From positions 1,248,001 to 1,312,000 of the forward strand of contig CAWJET010000002.1 of the NCBI GenBank assembly GCA_963842085.1: a DNA stretch of 64,000 nt, in the 5' to 3' direction. A program made the position numbers and the translations under genes. The stretch's first letter is position 1. Each line of letters starts with the position of its first letter. Below the pieces are notes generated by a model, which did no database searches, was not told the origin of the DNA, and saw nothing but the letters and a program-made list of their open reading frames with translations. Shown piece by piece: positions 31,309-42,193 of this stretch. Source of the stretch: an uncultured delta proteobacterium (lineage in GTDB: Bacteria > Desulfobacterota > Binatia > Binatales > Binataceae).

Positions 31309-31662
31309 CGTTCCGTCTCCAATCTGCGCTTGCGATCGATAGCCAAGTCCAGGTCTGATTTTGGAATTTTCTGCGATTTCTTCATGAAGGCATGGAGCAA
31401 GACCATTTCGCCCTCGGCGATGCAGAACAGCACACGCGCGATTCTGTTGCCTGCCAGATTCGTTCTGACCTCGTAAAGCCCCTTCCCCATCGGACGGCAG
31501 ACCGGCATCCCGATGGGCCATCCGTACTCGACCGTCTTGATGTCAGTTCCGATAAAGAAACGGTCCTGCTTGTCCAAGGACTTGAACCATTCTCTGACCG
31601 GCTCGCCGCCACTGTCAGTTCGATAGAATCGCGCCGGTTTTCCGCTTCCGCTCCACAGCCAT
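31305..31662 (-). pseudogene. RelE/Gp49 (HigB-like) toxin with one extra base near the start
   Basis: MAVERKRK | PARFYRTDSGGEPVREWFKSL...EYGWPIGMP..GLYEVR..LLHAFMKKSQK; extra base in ggaaaaccgg (358 nt = 3n+1). Confidence 0.82.
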
Positions 31663-31899
31663 TAAGGAGCGTATCAGAAATGGTACATATAAGTCGAACC
31701 GCCCATCTCAGATATGAGTCGGCGGCGGCGGGGTCGAAATTCCCTTCGGCCAGATTTTGGCTGGAAGCGCCGCAATCAGGGGCGAAAGAATAACGATGCG
31801 GCGTGCCGGTCGAAGAACCGCACGCTGCACCGTTATTTCACCGAGATTGATACAGGACACCGGCGAGAACCTGCGGTCTGCGCCAACCCCGCAACCCCT

Positions 31900-32120
31900 C
31901 GGGGTGGCAGATCAACGTGGGTGGTGTGAGGTTCCTGGAGATCGGTCACGACGATTGCCCCTGCATGCGGCAACTGATGTGGAAGTACCGCGACGTGCCG
32001 ATAGACCTCGCGGATGCGGCGTTGGTGCGGGCCGCCAGGCGCGAAGCCCTGCGCCGCGTCTTCACTATCGACCGGCAAGACTTCGAAATTTATCGACCCC
32101 ATCGCTTGGGACGGTTCTAG
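31900..32120 (+). pseudogene. PIN toxin C-terminal fragment with IS630 at its 3' end
   Basis: MRQLMWKYRDVPIDLADAALV....RRVFTIDRQDFEIYRP; attcttccctga (ILP*) follows the IS. Confidence 0.75.
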
Positions 32121-33280
32121 TGTCATGAGTCATAAGTACGATGAATAATTTGTAGTCAGTCGGCGTCTTTCGTATAGGAGGAAGGATGCCGATGCGGACG
32201 GGGAGACCGATAGCACCTGTGAGTTTGGCGAAAGATGAGCGTGCGGCGCTGGAGCGCTGGGCGCGACGACCGAAGAGCGGGCAAGCCTTGGCCCAACGCG
32301 CGCGGATTGTATTGGGGTGCGCCAGCGGCAGGCCCAACACCGCAGTCGCGCAGGGGCTCGGCGTGACCCACCAGACGGTGGGCAAATGGCGCCAACGATT
32401 CCTGGAGCGGCGGCTGGCGGGCTTGCTCGATGAGCCGCGGCCAGGCGCCCCGCGCCAGGTGGGCGACGCGCAGATTGAGCGAGTGGTGCGGCTGACTTTG
32501 GAGAGCGCGCCCGCCGACGCCACGCACTGGAGCACCCGCGCGATGGCCAGGCGCTGCGGCTTGAGTCAGAGCACGATCAGCCGCATCTGGCGGGCGTTTG
32601 CGCTGCAGCCCCATCGGACCGAGGCTTTCAAAGTCTCCAAAGACCCGCTGTTCATCGAGAAGTTGCGCGACATCGTGGGTCTTTACCTCAATCCGCCCGA
32701 CCGTGCGCTGGTCTTGTGCGTGGATGAAAAGTCGCAAATTCAGGCGCTCGACCGCAGCCAACCAGTGCTGCCGATGCGTCCCGGCCAAGCCGAGCGGCGC
32801 ACGCCTGACTATCTGCGCCACGGCACCACCAACCTGTTCGCGGCGCTTGACTTCAAAGCTGGCACCGTGATCGGCGAGTTGCATCAGCGGCATCGGGCAA
32901 TCGAGTTTCGCAAGTTCCTCGAGACCATCGACCAGGCGGTGCCGGCCGCACTCCAACTGCATCTGATCATCGATAACTACGCCACTCACAAGACTAAGGC
33001 GATCCAGCGCTGGCTGTTGCGTCATCCACGCTTTCACCTACACTTCACCCCGACCGGCGCTTCCTGGCTCAACCTGGTCGAGCGCTGGTTCGCGGCGCTG
33101 ACCGAAAAACAGCTGCGCCGCGGCACTCACCGCAGCACCCGCGAACTCGAGGACGCCATCCGCCGTTACCTGGAGCTCAGCAACCGTCATCCCAAACCCT
33201 TCAGCTGGACCAAGACCGCTGACCAAATCCTCGAATCAGTCGCCCGATTTTGTAAACGTTCTTCAGACTCAGGACACTAG
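32117..33280 (+). mobile_element. IS630-family insertion sequence, complete
   Basis: Terminal IRs ctagtgtcatgagtc / gactcaggacactag, CTAG at both ends. Confidence 0.92.
32186..33280 (+). CDS. IS630 transposase
   Basis: RARIVL, PRPGAP, THWSTR, VDEKSQIQAL, DNYATH, SWLNLVERWF. Confidence 0.95.
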   Translation: MPMRTGRPIAPVSLAKDERAALERWARRPKSGQALAQRARIVLGCASGRPNTAVAQGLGVTHQTVGKWRQRFLERRLAGLLDEPRPGAPRQVGDAQIERVVRLTLESAPADATHWSTRAMARRCGLSQSTISRIWRAFALQPHRTEAFKVSKDPLFIEKLRDIVGLYLNPPDRALVLCVDEKSQIQALDRSQPVLPMRPGQAERRTPDYLRHGTTNLFAALDFKAGTVIGELHQRHRAIEFRKFLETIDQAVPAALQLHLIIDNYATHKTKAIQRWLLRHPRFHLHFTPTGASWLNLVERWFAALTEKQLRRGTHRSTRELEDAIRRYLELSNRHPKPFSWTKTADQILESVARFCKRSSDSGH

Positions 33281-34153
33281 ATTCTTCCCTGACCGTACGC
33301 GGCGATCGCGAGAGCCGGACCCTTGGTTGCAATCGCCGGCACGCCGCTGGCCGCGCAGGAATCGACGATTTACGCGGCGCAGCCCGCCAGGGATCGGAGC
33401 GCGTTAACCTAGTTCAGCCAGAGCGCGAGGGCGACGTGTGAAGGCAGATGGCAGCGCCTTCGGAGCCATACGCGCACCGACCATCGGCGTCACGCTGTTG
33501 CGATTAGCGAGCTCAAGAAATCGATTCCAATCGACGCCGCGCTCGACCAACGCCAGCATCGCCGTGCTATCCACCCGACGGCCGGACGCCGCACAACATC
33601 ACAGCAACAGCTCGCTCGCGGCATCCAGCGTCGGTGATGTCGCAGAATTCATTTTGATCGTGGGCGTCGCGCGCTGCGCGGTGCAACCAAGGATTTTAGT
33701 CGATCGCGAAGCACGTTATCTAACCTTGGTCCTCATTGCGAAACTGCTGTGTTCCGAAGATGCAGGTTTGCCTTAGACGGCAGAAGTGATTTGAACCCGT
33801 CGGAGACTCCAAAAAGTCCAAAAGAATTCTTGGCGTTGACCGTTTCCCAATGGGCCGGATTGTCTTATCCGCTTCATCAGGGCTCGACCGGATGATTCGA
33901 AACGCTACAAAGAGATGAATTTCGCTACGAGATGACGACTATTACGGCTCGATACAACTTTTGCATCATCTAGTAATCTACGCTAAGTTATCATCAGCGA
34001 CGAAGTTATTTCATAGCGTTCTATAATGCCAGAATAGCAAATTTAACTTTGAGTCCAACGCCTTCTTGTCCGAGTGGTCAGTTGTGGGCATGAGGAGGCG
34101 CACGCTGAAGGCAGGAACCGGAATTGCAGAAAAGAGCGAGGTTTAGATAGCCT

Positions 34154-34645
34154 ATGCGGAATGATTCAGGGAAGGCGGCTTTTGAAGATGATCCACTGAG
34201 TCCGCTATCGGATGTGATCCTGCCCAGTCAGTTCTTCGAATTGGTTGGCGCACAGACCTTTTCGAGCGAGCAACGTCTAATGCTCGCAGTGCTGACCGAC
34301 GCTATTAATGTCCTCGGGGATTCTCGAGTCTCGGCAAATCGCCGCAAACGCAACCGTTTCAATGAAGCGTCGTCTTGGGTCTTCGCCACCGGCATCAGAA
34401 GCCCGCTGTCATTCGATCACGTGTGCGACGCACTCGGCGTGGACGCCGAGGGTCTGCGAAGGCGCCTGTCGGAGTTGGTCTCAGGGCACGGCGGCACTTT
34501 GCTCAGATTGAGACTTAAGCAAGCGAGCCGGATGCAGTGCATGACGGTCAATCGCGTGCGCCGGAGTAAGCGCCGGGCGCACCAAGGTCGTAGGAGTTTG
34601 CTTACCAAAAACCCCTGGCCCCCTCAACGCGCGCCGTTAGCTTAG
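34154..34645 (+). CDS. Conserved hypothetical protein (ILPSQFF...RLMLAVL.DA family)
   Basis: VILPSQFF, EQRLMLAVLTDAI, EA..WVF, SFDHVCDALGVD...LRRRL, basic tail; possible sigma54-like site GGAAC-N5-TTGC at 34114-34127. Confidence 0.8.
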   Translation: MRNDSGKAAFEDDPLSPLSDVILPSQFFELVGAQTFSSEQRLMLAVLTDAINVLGDSRVSANRRKRNRFNEASSWVFATGIRSPLSFDHVCDALGVDAEGLRRRLSELVSGHGGTLLRLRLKQASRMQCMTVNRVRRSKRRAHQGRRSLLTKNPWPPQRAPLA

Positions 34646-36180
34646 CTGGCAAAGCGCTCGGAGTTTGCCTTCGGGAGACGCCGGTTCGATCCCGGTGCGG
34701 CGCGCCACTATGAAAGCATACAAAAACCGCAAGGTTCTGCAGGTTCCTATGGTCTGCTGAATCAGGGAAGGGGTTCCGGTACCAAAAGAACTGCGACTGC
34801 TCCGACTGTCTTTTGCAGTGCGCCGGCCCCCTCACCGGGCAGCGAGCAGTGCATCCGCCTTCGGAGATAACACTCGGTTCGGTCGCGCACCCCGCAAGTC
34901 TGGACCCAACCAACCTCAGAGCGCGAATCACCTGATTAGTTACTTTGGTCGCGCTGTCGGGCACGATAGTCGCGTGCTGCATACCTGGTCGGGACTTTTC
35001 TCTGGACGCATGTGGGGCAGAAGCGCCTGTTTCCCTCGCGATGCCGGTGAGCGGGAAGGAGAGACCGCAATTAGTGCATTGGGCAAGCTGTCGCCCTCCG
35101 GCGACTACCCCAGCAAATTGGAACGCGATGCTGGAACACGCCAGTGATGGCAAACGTGACCTGGATTCCACGCCGCCGGGCCTCTTTCTCATCAACATCC
35201 ATGTAACTCACGAGCGGCACGGCGCCCAGTTCCAAGAAGTTTTGGGCGCTGTTCCTTCGGGCATGCATGCGCTACGGGAATTGCACGAGGCGACTAGGCT
35301 CTTTCAAGCGCGCTCAGCCGCGGAGCGCAGACTTGGAAACCTGAAGGCCGTTCTTGCTGAGGGCCCGCACCTCATGCGTGAAGGACTCGCTGACGTTTGG
35401 CGTGGCGCTGGAGTGGGACCACCCACGCGGAAACGTTCACCTCAAATGCGTTCGCTACTCCCTTCGCTTAGGCGACGATGACGTTCCAAGATCTGGCCGA
35501 GGGGCGTGCGCTGGAATGTCCTGGGCGCGGGCGCGTGCTCGTTTCCGGAGCCTATCAGGCACGCTTTTGTTCGGTTCGCTGCAGGTGTGTCGTGCAAAAG
35601 GGTGAGTATAGCGAGTCGCACGAACCGTCCAACCGATCCGAAAAACTAGACTCCTCCCCACGCCTGACACCGGTTGCACCGTTCCGCGATTACGCACAGG
35701 TCTGTGCTTGCGTCAGACTTCTCGGCTGGTGGCGTCCGCCGAATCCGCAACCCCTCGATTTATATAATGATGCGCTACAACCAATCCGACCCATTTTATA
35801 AGTTTCAATCAATATTTCCCGCTTATCTGGAGATTAGGCCCCCTTATCAACCGCCTCATGGCATCAGCGGTGCGCACCAACCCGCCTTTTGTTCCCAAAC
35901 ACCCTACGGCGAGTGCAGCGGTCTGATGGGAAACCGGTCTCCGAGTGGTCGGCAAAGCGTTGTTCTTTTTTTAAAATAGGACTGCTCTATTTAATTTAAA
36001 TCTCTTTGAATTGACTATCGGGTGCTTTCGTTGTATCTAATCTTTCTACGGAGCAGATAGCATGAGTTCTCGGCGTACGCGCTTACGCGCCGGGGCGGTC
36101 GCGATTCAAGTGAAAGCAGGGCGCCACCTGGCGCAACTGATGTTCATTACGATGTTCGCAACAGATGTGGAGGTGTTTCG

Positions 36181-36600
36181 ATGAAAACCGAAGACGCACT
36201 CCGAAAGATCGCGCTGTTGCGGAGGGTGAAAACCGACAATGGAGCCGCAGCGGCAGAGGCCGAGACTGCGGCCCACCTGCAGAAGGCGCTGATGGAGCGC
36301 TACGCGATCACGGCCGAGAACATTTTTGCCGTTTCACGGACGACCTCTCGCTTGACTTGGATTTACTGGCAGGAACTGCTGCAGGAGTTCGGCCTGCGCT
36401 TGGACCAATTTGGGCATCGCGGCAGCGCCACGGTTGGGAACAACAGCAAGGTCCACATCAGGCTTGACAAAAACCAATGGTGGATCGAGGAGAGGTCCCC
36501 GGGCGGTAGGCAAACCACGGCTCGCAACTGGGGCGTCGAATCGCTGCGCAAATACCTTAACGAGCACGCGCCAAGGAGCTACTCGTTTTTCAGGCGCTGA
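36181..36600 (+). CDS. DUF2786-like N-terminal domain protein (paralog of 20222-20644)
   Basis: GGAGG RBS; shares RL.W.YWQEL..EF.L.L..FG.RGSA and NQWW.EE.S.G..Q.T.R..GVESLR.YL..HAP.SYS. Confidence 0.75.
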   Translation: MKTEDALRKIALLRRVKTDNGAAAAEAETAAHLQKALMERYAITAENIFAVSRTTSRLTWIYWQELLQEFGLRLDQFGHRGSATVGNNSKVHIRLDKNQWWIEERSPGGRQTTARNWGVESLRKYLNEHAPRSYSFFRR

Positions 36601-37059
36601 CTGCTGCAACGGTCAGCGCGGGCGTGATTGGTTTCCGGCTTGCTGTCAGCCGCCGCGTGATTCGCCGTCGCCGGCAGCACCGTTGCACGGACCTCAACGC
36701 GACTATTGAGGAGGCATTTGTCGATGCGCTCGGTACCTGCGGTCCGTCCATCAGCTTCACCGGTGTTGCTCGCCAGGAGTGAGGATCCTGCGATGCAACG
36801 AGAGCTGGCCGCAGCAGCGGGAGGATACAAAACAATGAGCGATGATGCTTTGTATGCCATGGGTATAGTGCTGTGCATAGCGGCGTCCATTCTGACCGGG
36901 ATCGCGGCAGCTCTATGGATGCCGTAAGACCGGCCGCTCAAGGCGATGGCGACCATAAAGAAAATCTACGTTGAAGTTCCAGAGCATCTGCGTTTTGTCG
37001 CTTCAAGCTTGTAGTGGGCCGAGCTCGTGGACGTTACCGGGCCACTGATTGGCCCACAG

Positions 37060-37620
37060 CGCGTCCAATGCGCTGCGCGAAACGAACTTTACGTCCTTGT
37101 CGAATAGGCAGCGGCTGTAGTGCGCGATGAAATGAGCGACGAGTGGCGGGGTTGTCCTGTAACGTTCCCAAAAGGGTCGAACCAGATTGCCGGAGCGTTG
37201 AGGTAGAGCTCGTCGCGGAATTGCTCCGCCTTCACCATTTGCGCGTCACGATTGGCTGCGACCAGCCGAATATCAACCTCGTAGGAACGTGAGGAACCGA
37301 CGGGCTGGATCTTCTGTGTCTCGACAGCGGGCAGCAGTTTAGGCTGCACGCGCAGCGGGAGTTCGCCGATTTCATCTAGAGGAATAGAGTTCCAACTTTA
37401 GCAGAGCGAAAATAGCCGAGCGAATCCTCGCGCGCATCAGTGAAGCCGCCGCGCACATGGCCGAAGAGCTGCGACTCCGCCAGCGAGTCGACCAAGTTCG
37501 AACAATTGAAGGTCACGAACGGGCCGCTGTCGCCGAGCCGGTCTCCGTCACCAACAGGAGCGCGCAGCCGGAATTCGCCAACGCAATCGCGCAAAGGTTC
37601 GCGCTCGCGCTGATCCGCGC
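37060..37620 (-). pseudogene. Sigma54 enhancer-binding protein AAA+ domain, decayed
   Basis: GPFVTFNCSNL...AESQLFGHVRGGFTDA (GAFTGA loop), GTLFL*, QPKLL..VE...IQPVGS...VDIRLVAA, FRDELY; several frameshifts. Confidence 0.85.
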
Positions 37621-38032
37621 TTTCACCCTCCGTCGCGCTGCCCGCGCCGCGCGCCAAGATCACCAAGAAGCACGCGCCCGCCTTCGACTCCGCTGCATGT
37701 GCTCACCAGCGGCGCTGACCTGAGCCAAATCCATTCCATCGGGCCGCAGGCCGGTGGGGTCGCTGCGCGGTATCCAGCGCTGGCGCAAACCGGTCCCGCG
37801 TACAACCTCCTGAGGAATTGCCAAGCTCTGTCCTGGCGCATGAAGTAATTAATGAGACCATTGCCATTTCAGCCGCTCGCTCTAGCCACTCTTTTCGTAT
37901 CACTCACTCATCGCCATTAAAATAAGTAGCGTTAGCACGACACATTGTTGCATCAATCCTACACATTGCAGCAATCGGCGGATTGATAGTGGAGCGCGCC
38001 GCATATTCGGGGCGTTATTGACCAATCGCTCG

Positions 38033-38048
38033 TGGCACATTAATTGCT
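38033..38048 (+). promoter_or_regulatory. Sigma54 -24/-12 promoter with upstream inverted repeat
   Basis: TGGCAC-ATTAA-TTGCT; imperfect IR attgttgca...tgcagcaat at ~37944-37975; divergent from the EBP pseudogene. Confidence 0.65.
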
Positions 38049-38475
38049 GCCCCCCCCCCCCCCTAGGAAGAGGGCGGTTCGGGTGAGCGGGATGAAATGT
38101 GTGAACGCACTGGGAGGGCGCGAGGATGCTGCCAGCCAGGTCAAATGGAATCCGGTATTCGGAACTTGAGATAAGCCAGGCAAGATCCTCGCACCTTGGA
38201 AAACTGAGCCGCCTCCTCCTTAAATTTTGTCCACTCTGGCCGAGAAACTACCGTCTCAAGAAGCCGCGCCGATCGATCGACCGCGAGTTGCAAGAGAGCG
38301 AGCCAATGGATTTGCAGTAGGGCGGCATCACACCGGAGGTTAGGAAGCGGTTGTCGCTGGCGATGAAGAACCCCCGAGCGCTCATACTCGTGCTGGTCTT
38401 GGTTTTTAAATCGCACCGGCATAAAGCTTTTGCGGAGGAAATTTCGTGACTAGGGTCCGCTTGAAAGCGCCGACC

Positions 38476-38815
38476 TCATTGTTGGTCCAGCCTTCCTACC
38501 CCATTGAGCTCCATCGACCAAGGGAGTGCTGAGGTGCACGAGATCTGTCGCTTCGGGTGCAGCTCAGCGCGCTGCTTGATCGCGCCAACGCGGAGCGAAT
38601 AGGTCGGCAGGTCACTGGTCGCGGCGGCACAGATAGGCGTGCCGCAATCAGGACAGGACGCATGCGCACACTTCGTTCCGCTGTCCGCGGTCTTGATGTA
38701 AACCTTCGGCTCGCCTCTGAGCGGCATGAAAACTTTCGGCAGGGGCCGGAATGACGGCGCGATAAGTCCGACCCGGTTAGGGTCTGGCAATAGTGCAGTA
38801 GCAGATGCCCACCGC
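38476..38815 (-). pseudogene. GFA family protein, degraded
   Basis: GEPKVYIKTADSG....SCPDCGTPI...YSLRVGAIKQRAEL.PKRQI.C.SALPW; N-terminal Cys motifs disrupted. Confidence 0.75.
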
Positions 38816-38854
38816 CGCTAGTCTGTCAACCAGTCAACCGCTTGACGAACGGCA

Positions 38855-38897
38855 CGGAGAGTAGTTCGCATCAGACTGCGCCATCCACCAGCCAGTC
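38855..38897 (+). repeat. att/tRNA-3'-like repeat ending CAGCCAGTC
   Basis: 41/43 identical to the reverse complement of 63492-63534. Confidence 0.8.
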
Positions 38898-39271
38898 CTG
38901 CGTGCCCCCCGAAACTACTAAGCGCCGTGCCAGACTACGCGCGCGGCGGCGCGCGCGTACACGGAGCAACATGCTTGGCGGACCAGGTTGCGAAGAGGAA
39001 CTATGGTTTGCCTGTGGTGAGGAGTAAGACCGATGGGGAATCGGCGCATTTTGAGAGCGGCCGCGAATGCGGCATGATGCTGGCCTGCTGCCTTCGACCG
39101 GCTCAGCCCGCGGACGCGATCGCAACTGCTGACGGCGAAACTTCAAGTATGCAAAGCAGGTCAAGCAATTGAGGCGCATGGGCTGCGATTAATCTCCTAT
39201 GTGGATCTATGGTTTAGCTCGGCAAGCACTCAACCATGGCTCTGCACAAGCTGGAATATGACAGGTTAAAA

Positions 39272-40048
39272 ATGGCATTCTTTCTGTCTAAATTTTTGCC
39301 TCTTTTTCTCTTACCGGACGGGATGACATGTGTGTTGCTGGTGATCGTCATTACGACGGTACGCAGTCGACCGCGTCTGGCCAAGATAAGCGCAGCAGGC
39401 GCCTTCGGGCTTCTGCTGATAGCCAGCAATCCTGGAGTGAGCCTGCTACTTATGGGCTTTCTGGAGACTCGCAATGTACCGCGCGGGCCTCTGCCCCTCG
39501 CAGATGCGATTGTGGTTTTGGGTGGGGGCGCTCAGGCCGCTCAGCCGCCCAGGCCGACCATTCAAGTGCCCGGCGCGACCGCCAATCGCCTGCTCTACGC
39601 TGTCAAGCTCTATCGTGAAGGGAAGGCTCCAATCGTGATTCTTTGTGGAGGTTCGTGGGCAAAGCAGCTTCCGCCAGAGTCCGAACTAATGTCGCAAATT
39701 ATTGAAACTATGGGAGTGTCACCGTCCGCGGTCGTGGAGGAATCCAGCTCTCGGAATACCTATGAAAACGCGACTGCCGTCAAGATGATCCTCACAAACC
39801 GTAAGATTCATCGGATTTTGCTTGTCACCTCAGCCTTCCATATGCCCCGCGCACTAGCACTCTTCAGAAATCTCGGCATCGAAACCATCCCGGCACCCTG
39901 CGATTTTTTCACGGACGCACCACCAACATTTAGTACCTACAAGAATTGGCAGTCGGGAGCCGTAGCATCTCTGCCGTCTGCCGAGGCGCTAGCGGAGACA
40001 ACCCTGGCTCTCAGGGAGTTCCTTGGGTTCGCAGTGGCTTTATTATAG
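39272..40048 (+). CDS. YdcF/ElyC (DUF218) family protein
   Basis: Two N-terminal TMs, AIVVLGGG, E.SSRNTYENA, LLVTSAFHMPRA, LREFLG. Confidence 0.9.
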   Translation: MAFFLSKFLPLFLLPDGMTCVLLVIVITTVRSRPRLAKISAAGAFGLLLIASNPGVSLLLMGFLETRNVPRGPLPLADAIVVLGGGAQAAQPPRPTIQVPGATANRLLYAVKLYREGKAPIVILCGGSWAKQLPPESELMSQIIETMGVSPSAVVEESSSRNTYENATAVKMILTNRKIHRILLVTSAFHMPRALALFRNLGIETIPAPCDFFTDAPPTFSTYKNWQSGAVASLPSAEALAETTLALREFLGFAVALL

Positions 40049-40145
40049 GGCGGACGACCCGATGAATGCATGGACAACGAACACGCGCATCACCCCATTC
40101 AATGCGAAGCTCAAGACGCTGCTGGGCTCGGATATCGGCCATAAG
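40048..40145 (+). pseudogene. Amidohydrolase fragment
   Basis: ADDPMNAW.....PFNAKLKTLLGSDIGH. Confidence 0.5.
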
Positions 40146-40404
40146 CGCATGCTGAAGACGTACGCGATTGCTGAGGCTGGCGTTTCTTCGCCTAGAGATT
40201 GTCGACGCAGTCGCGGCAGGTCGTCAGCCGCCGGAGCCTAGCGCAGAGGCTCTGGCCGAACATATTGAACTGCCTCTGCTCGGGACCGAGCACGAACAAG
40301 CCGTCGGAATCTCCGAGCAGGTTGGGTTCGATGACTTCCCAGAAATGCTTGGCGGATCAACTGGCAAATCGAGTAGTCGTGTGTCAGGCATGGACATCGC
40401 GATA

Positions 40405-40750
40405 TCGCCACCGCGACCACGACCGCTACGCCGACCCCGATCCGGAGGAGCTTCAGTCTCTCTTCGCTGGTATTCGGAAATAAGGTAACCGTCGGAACTA
40501 CCAGCAAGCCCAAGACGGTACGATCAAGAATCCGGGCCGCAAGAAAAACAGGGTTGGCAATGAAGATTGAGATGGAGAGCGCGTCGCCGATGGTGATCGT
40601 GGTCAACTCGGAATGCGAAGGAACGCTCATGCCCGGCAAGAGCCGCAAAGGTATCGGTGACTTTCAAGCCGACGGACACGACCGAGCAGACTGGCACCCT
40701 GATGATTTGTGATAACGTGACCGGCTCGCCACAGTCCGTTTTGCTGTAAT
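40405..40750 (+). pseudogene. Fragment of a surface protein: Thr/Pro linker plus Ig-like (choice-of-anchor D/ASH-like) domain
   Basis: TATTTATPTP linker; FGNKVTVGTTSKPKTV...CEGTLMPGKS.KVSVTFKPT...QTGTLMI.DN..GSPQSV. Confidence 0.55.
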
Positions 40751-40847
40751 GAACCGGAAAGGCTCCCAAGAAGAAATAAGAAAGGCAGATGGCAGTTCCC
40801 GAAACTCTGCGTTTGCAAACGGTCTGGTCGGGAGTCTGGATCAGGGC

Positions 40848-41150
40848 TCAAGACGGAAATTGCGTTTCAAAGTGGAAATTCCGGTCTTTTAGAGAATTGC
40901 TCGAGTGGGGACGAGGGCGAGAAGGTTCGCGCGCGGGTGCGGGAAGATGGCGGCGCGGCCGAGTTGTCCAGCCGCCAGCTTCATTCCGCCGTGAGCCGTG
41001 GGTGTACGTGCGATACTCCCCGGTCCTGTCATTGATAATGGTTACCTGCACCGTGCCGTTGCTGGACGCGAGGAGCAGATAACGTTCACCCTTTTTAAGT
41101 GATACGCCAAAGATGCGTTTCCGGACCGGCTTACCCTTACCGTTCTTCAT
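40848..41150 (-). CDS. Hypothetical protein
   Basis: GGAG RBS, 100-aa basic ORF, no recognised domain. Confidence 0.4.
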   Translation of the reverse strand: MKNGKGKPVRKRIFGVSLKKGERYLLLASSNGTVQVTIINDRTGEYRTYTHGSRRNEAGGWTTRPRRHLPAPAREPSRPRPHSSNSLKDRNFHFETQFPS

Positions 41151-41869
41151 TCCCTTCTCCTATTCGAGCGCCCGACAGCACGCGCCGAACGACCAGGCCT
41201 ACTCATTTCTGCGGCCCATAAAGGCGCGGTTTGCCGAAGGCGCGGCTTGCGCAATCATCTCGCTCGTCAAACAGAAACAGGCCCGGAATTCCGGGCCTGC
41301 TCCTACCCCCAGCCTGCTCCCTACGTCTCCCCTTCCCCGCATCGCAACCCGAAGAAACTCGCTCAGCGTGGCGCGACGCGGCTTTCCGCCACGGTCACCG
41401 GACCTATCCATCCCCAGACTCAGCGGTAAATTTTGCCAGTCGTGAACCATCTTCGACACAACGATCGCCAATCGCAATCATCGCCCACAATCAAAACAAG
41501 ATCGTTGCGACGATCTAAGTATCGATCCTCAGCTGGTTCGCATCGAACCGATCCCGCCGCGCTTGCCTCCTGCTAAGGTTGTTTTCGCAAGAGCTGGGCC
41601 ATGCGAAGAGGAGGATCGGAATGTTCAGGACAGTTCGACCGTGATGAATTTCCCACTTTAAATTCAGTCGATTATTCTCTAGTCTCCGCTTGCCCGGACC
41701 CTCGTGTTTGAAACTGCTACGTTTTGTAGCATTTCTGCAAAAGTCATAGTTGCACGGATGCGCCTCGTTTCCGGCGATTTGATCTCGGCGGGGCAGCTTC
41801 CAATTCGGTTGCGAAGGTTGCTAAACGCAATCCCGGGCATATTGTTGTCGGCAATATTCCCTACGGGCC

Positions 41870-42058
41870 GCGCCGGAGTAAAACTCCAGCAGCAGATAGC
41901 CTTCAGCCGTGGAGGGTTGAAGGCGGAGGGATGAAAGGCGTGGAACTGTATGGGCAGGTGCGACGAACGGTTTATGTTGAGGGGCTGAGCCGGCGTGAGG
42001 CAGCGCAGCGGTTTGGGATCGACCCGCGGACGGCGGCGAAGATACTAGCGTTCTCGGC
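41870..42058 (+). mobile_element. istA: IS21 left-end remnant with istA 5' stub
   Basis: gccggagtaaaa matches the repeat in the 1-759 element end; ATG 41931 MKGVELYGQVRRTVYVEGLSRREAAQRFGIDPRTAAKILAFS. Confidence 0.8.
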
Positions 42059-42193
42059 ATGTATTTTCTCTAGGTTTTGCCCGATTGTGGCGTGATTTTT
42101 GGCGATGCAGGCGAAAAGGCGGCGGCTCAGGTGATCTGGCAAGAGAAGTTTCGGAATGTTGCGCTCGATGCGCGGCGGGCGGGACGTGTCACT

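Noticed and set aside
32156-33037. 293-aa minus-strand ORF
   Set aside because: Antisense shadow of the IS630 transposase
14000-33300. Integron cassette array (TA, GFA, VOC and methyltransferase content is cassette-like)
   Set aside because: Genes are in mixed orientations, no consistent RYYYAAC...GTTRRRY attC hairpins were found by eye, and there is no IntI; IntegronFinder would be the formal test
34602-35610. Zinc-finger phage-type genes
   Set aside because: Only isolated CxxC snippets (QCTNCG, RFCSVRCR) in broken frames; no supportable ORF
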